This document shows positions 25,501-26,326 of a stretch of 26,326 bases of DNA, one piece after another. Made by a program: the position numbers and the translations under genes. A model generated the notes under the pieces. That model had not been told where the DNA came from. It was given only the letters and a program-made list of their open reading frames with translations, and ran no database searches. Positions within the stretch are counted from its first letter, which is position 1, and each line of letters opens with the position of its first letter. The DNA comes from a virus (Duplodnaviria; Heunggongvirae; Uroviricota; Caudoviricetes), in IMG/VR virus record IMGVR_UViG_3300029862_000001, positions 117,276-143,601 of that record. The stretch is one strand, 5' to 3'.

Positions 25501-26326
25501 GCCTTGTTATTAGCATCATCTTGGCTTACGGTAGATGTGAAAGGAGCACCAACAACATCTTGTTCGGTTACAGTAATCTTAGACCCTACCTGACCTTCAT
25601 TACAATCGTTTTTGGTAAATTCTTCACTGTATTTACCAGTCCACGTGCAATGTCCGTCCCGGTTGGCTATGGCCTGGCCCTGTTGCTCGACAGCAGCCTG
25701 AGCGAGCGCGTTAGCCGCCTCCTGGCTTTCGTATGAAGTAAAAGGACCGCCGGTTACATCATCTTGGTCTATAGTAACCTCAGATCCGACACCTCCATCA
25801 GCACACTGTTTTGTAAATTGCTTGCTATATGTTCCGGTCCAGGTACATACTTTATCTCCACCTTCTACCCAGCGTTCATCTGCTCCACCATAACATTCGT
25901 TGGTATTGACTTGCTTCTTATAAGATTTACCTCCTTCACATTTGGTTTCAAGCGGTTCAGAATCTACCCATACAGGATCGGTGTTGTCCATTTCGCATGT
26001 CCCGTTCTCGTTAGCGTAAGCCTGACCTTGGGCTTCTACAGCTTCCTGAGCCAACCTATCTGCCTCTTCCTGGCTTTCATTAGAATAGAACGGTCCACCC
26101 ACCATGTCTTGTGTTACGCTCATCGGAACGCCATGCTGACATGATCCGCAATTGTCTTTTGTAAACTGCTTGCTATATACGCCTACGAACCTACATTTAC
26201 CTTTCTGGTTGGCAATATTCTGTCCTTGAGCTTTAACGGCTTCCTTAGCCTTATTATCGGCATCTTCTTGACTTACGAAAGAAGTAAAAGGATTACCTTC
26301 AACATCAGCTTCACTTACCTCTACTT
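22569..26326 (-). CDS. Large Cys-rich DUF5977-repeat protein with C-terminal BACON domains (5'-partial; extends beyond the window)
   Basis: Repeats of the form YSKxFTKxxC..G..VTVTQD.VGGPFxSxxSQEDANxKAxxAVxxQGQxxANxxGxC, and BACON-like PSW...SANxxSSxRSG...QxESGKTVxxxxxQ. The frame stays open from 26123 to the window end. Confidence 0.88.
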   Translation of the reverse strand, partial: VEVSEADVEGNPFTSFVSQEDADNKAKEAVKAQGQNIANQKGKCRFVGVYSKQFTKDNCGSCQHGVPMSVTQDMVGGPFYSNESQEEADRLAQEAVEAQGQAYANENGTCEMDNTDPVWVDSEPLETKCEGGKSYKKQVNTNECYGGADERWVEGGDKVCTWTGTYSKQFTKQCADGGVGSEVTIDQDDVTGGPFTSYESQEAANALAQAAVEQQGQAIANRDGHCTWTGKYSEEFTKNDCNEGQVGSKITVTEQDVVGAPFTSTVSQDDANNKAKAAVKEQGQAIANNKGNCEDMTVYTGHYSKRFVPECEACHKGVEMEVTAEMVNGSPVTSTESQEAADTEARRIVEEGGQAYANKNGNCTPLSTDPVWEDVVPEELRCNEGKSQKKQRDTNECSETHNQERWVNGGNKVCSWTGHYSETFQKNDCEIPDSGTEVEVSEADVEGNPFTSFVSQEDADNKAKEAVKAQGQNIANQKGKCRFVGVYSKEFTKDNCGSCQHGVPLTVTQDMVGGPFYSNESQEEANRLAQEAVEAQGQAYVNKNGTCETDNTDPVWVDSEPLETKCEGGKSYKKQVNTNECYGGENERWVEGGDKVCTWTGTYSKQFTKQCADGGVGSEVTIDQDDVTGGPFTSTVSQEDANSKAQAAVEQQGQDLADAQGTCTWTGKASKVFTRNNCGSCQHGSSVTVTQDQVGGPFTSNISQADANKKAQDAVNSQGQAVANKNGDCLPDSTTPSWSDTGSTRCDGCTSQKQQRDTNPCSSSYNDTRWVNGGGESCTDWSYYGIGDCVGHTRYNAYRDSCSGSIDRQYSVSCRNCCNCEPYGSWQENGCNGTKTKFIRYDDCGNSDTKEEYVIGSCGYDPYEFQFHDGRTSKSRSVTGESQNIEEVIISTKNDSYIGFSVKSEPSWCFVDYRDQTSESMKAVVTLSANTTSSSRSGDIVFVQKESGKTVTLSITQDIAVTYEFSTNQSTWNADANGGTNNSYLCIQLKSKKNGSKIGYTVSSKPSWVTEVAEKPSGVSCPVLSGYDYSFMIISSANSSSSPRSGTVTLKQNESGKTVNITVNQEGKAEVKPVPAHIVLKNGSWATYRKNNVSYNPGVGKCIAGFEWTGDERGNIRIYTCDIKVVDANYREISGATISIGTTIQRRQSGSSCSYFGAVNGGILAGYVHSGDENGNTTWYIRTINVSYEGKVYRTSTVRRYDKQNISKKGGVFNVYNESPASYNFIVDGAECGDENGTLKYAYSQINLNPA
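24380..26326. repeat. Higher-order internal repeat with 1311-bp (437-aa) period
   Basis: aaggaccgccggttacatcatcttggtc occurs at 24431 and 25742. The end of the window (..cacttacctctactt, 26326) matches the sequence ending at 25015. Confidence 0.9.

Noticed and set aside
2837..26326. Genome-wide TAG-to-Gln recoding as in some crAss-like phages
   Set aside because: Very long ORFs (2257 aa and over 1184 aa) are uninterrupted in the standard code, and only one suspicious TAG was seen.
24380..26326. Diversity-generating retroelement template/variable repeat pair
   Set aside because: Both copies are in-frame coding repeats, the differences do not look adenine-specific, and no reverse transcriptase is present in the window.

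Overview
Segment of a large Bacteroidetes (crAss-like/podovirus-type) phage or prophage. Most genes are on the minus strand: a DUF5977/BACON repeat protein, ring/tail-tube-like structural proteins, a BRO-N/KilAC antirepressor and a 2257-aa tail stabilization (muzzle-like) protein. Three accessory elements stand out. (1) A Ro60/TROVE gene is preceded by a promoter and three ~125-135-nt Y-RNA-like units. One unit is a classic circularly permuted YrlA-type tRNA mimic. The other two carry a normally ordered cloverleaf with intact anticodon loops (Lys-UUU and Tyr-GUA) inside the same outer stem, and this is the main candidate novel system. (2) There are two TnpB-only elements, one flanked by 24-bp imperfect inverted repeats. 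(3) A ~3.6-kb plus-strand cassette (HTH, HaeIII-like endonuclease, C5 methylase and truncated fragments) is inserted into the first codons of a glycine-rich tail-fiber-like gene. All calls come from reading the sequence by eye; no database searches were run.
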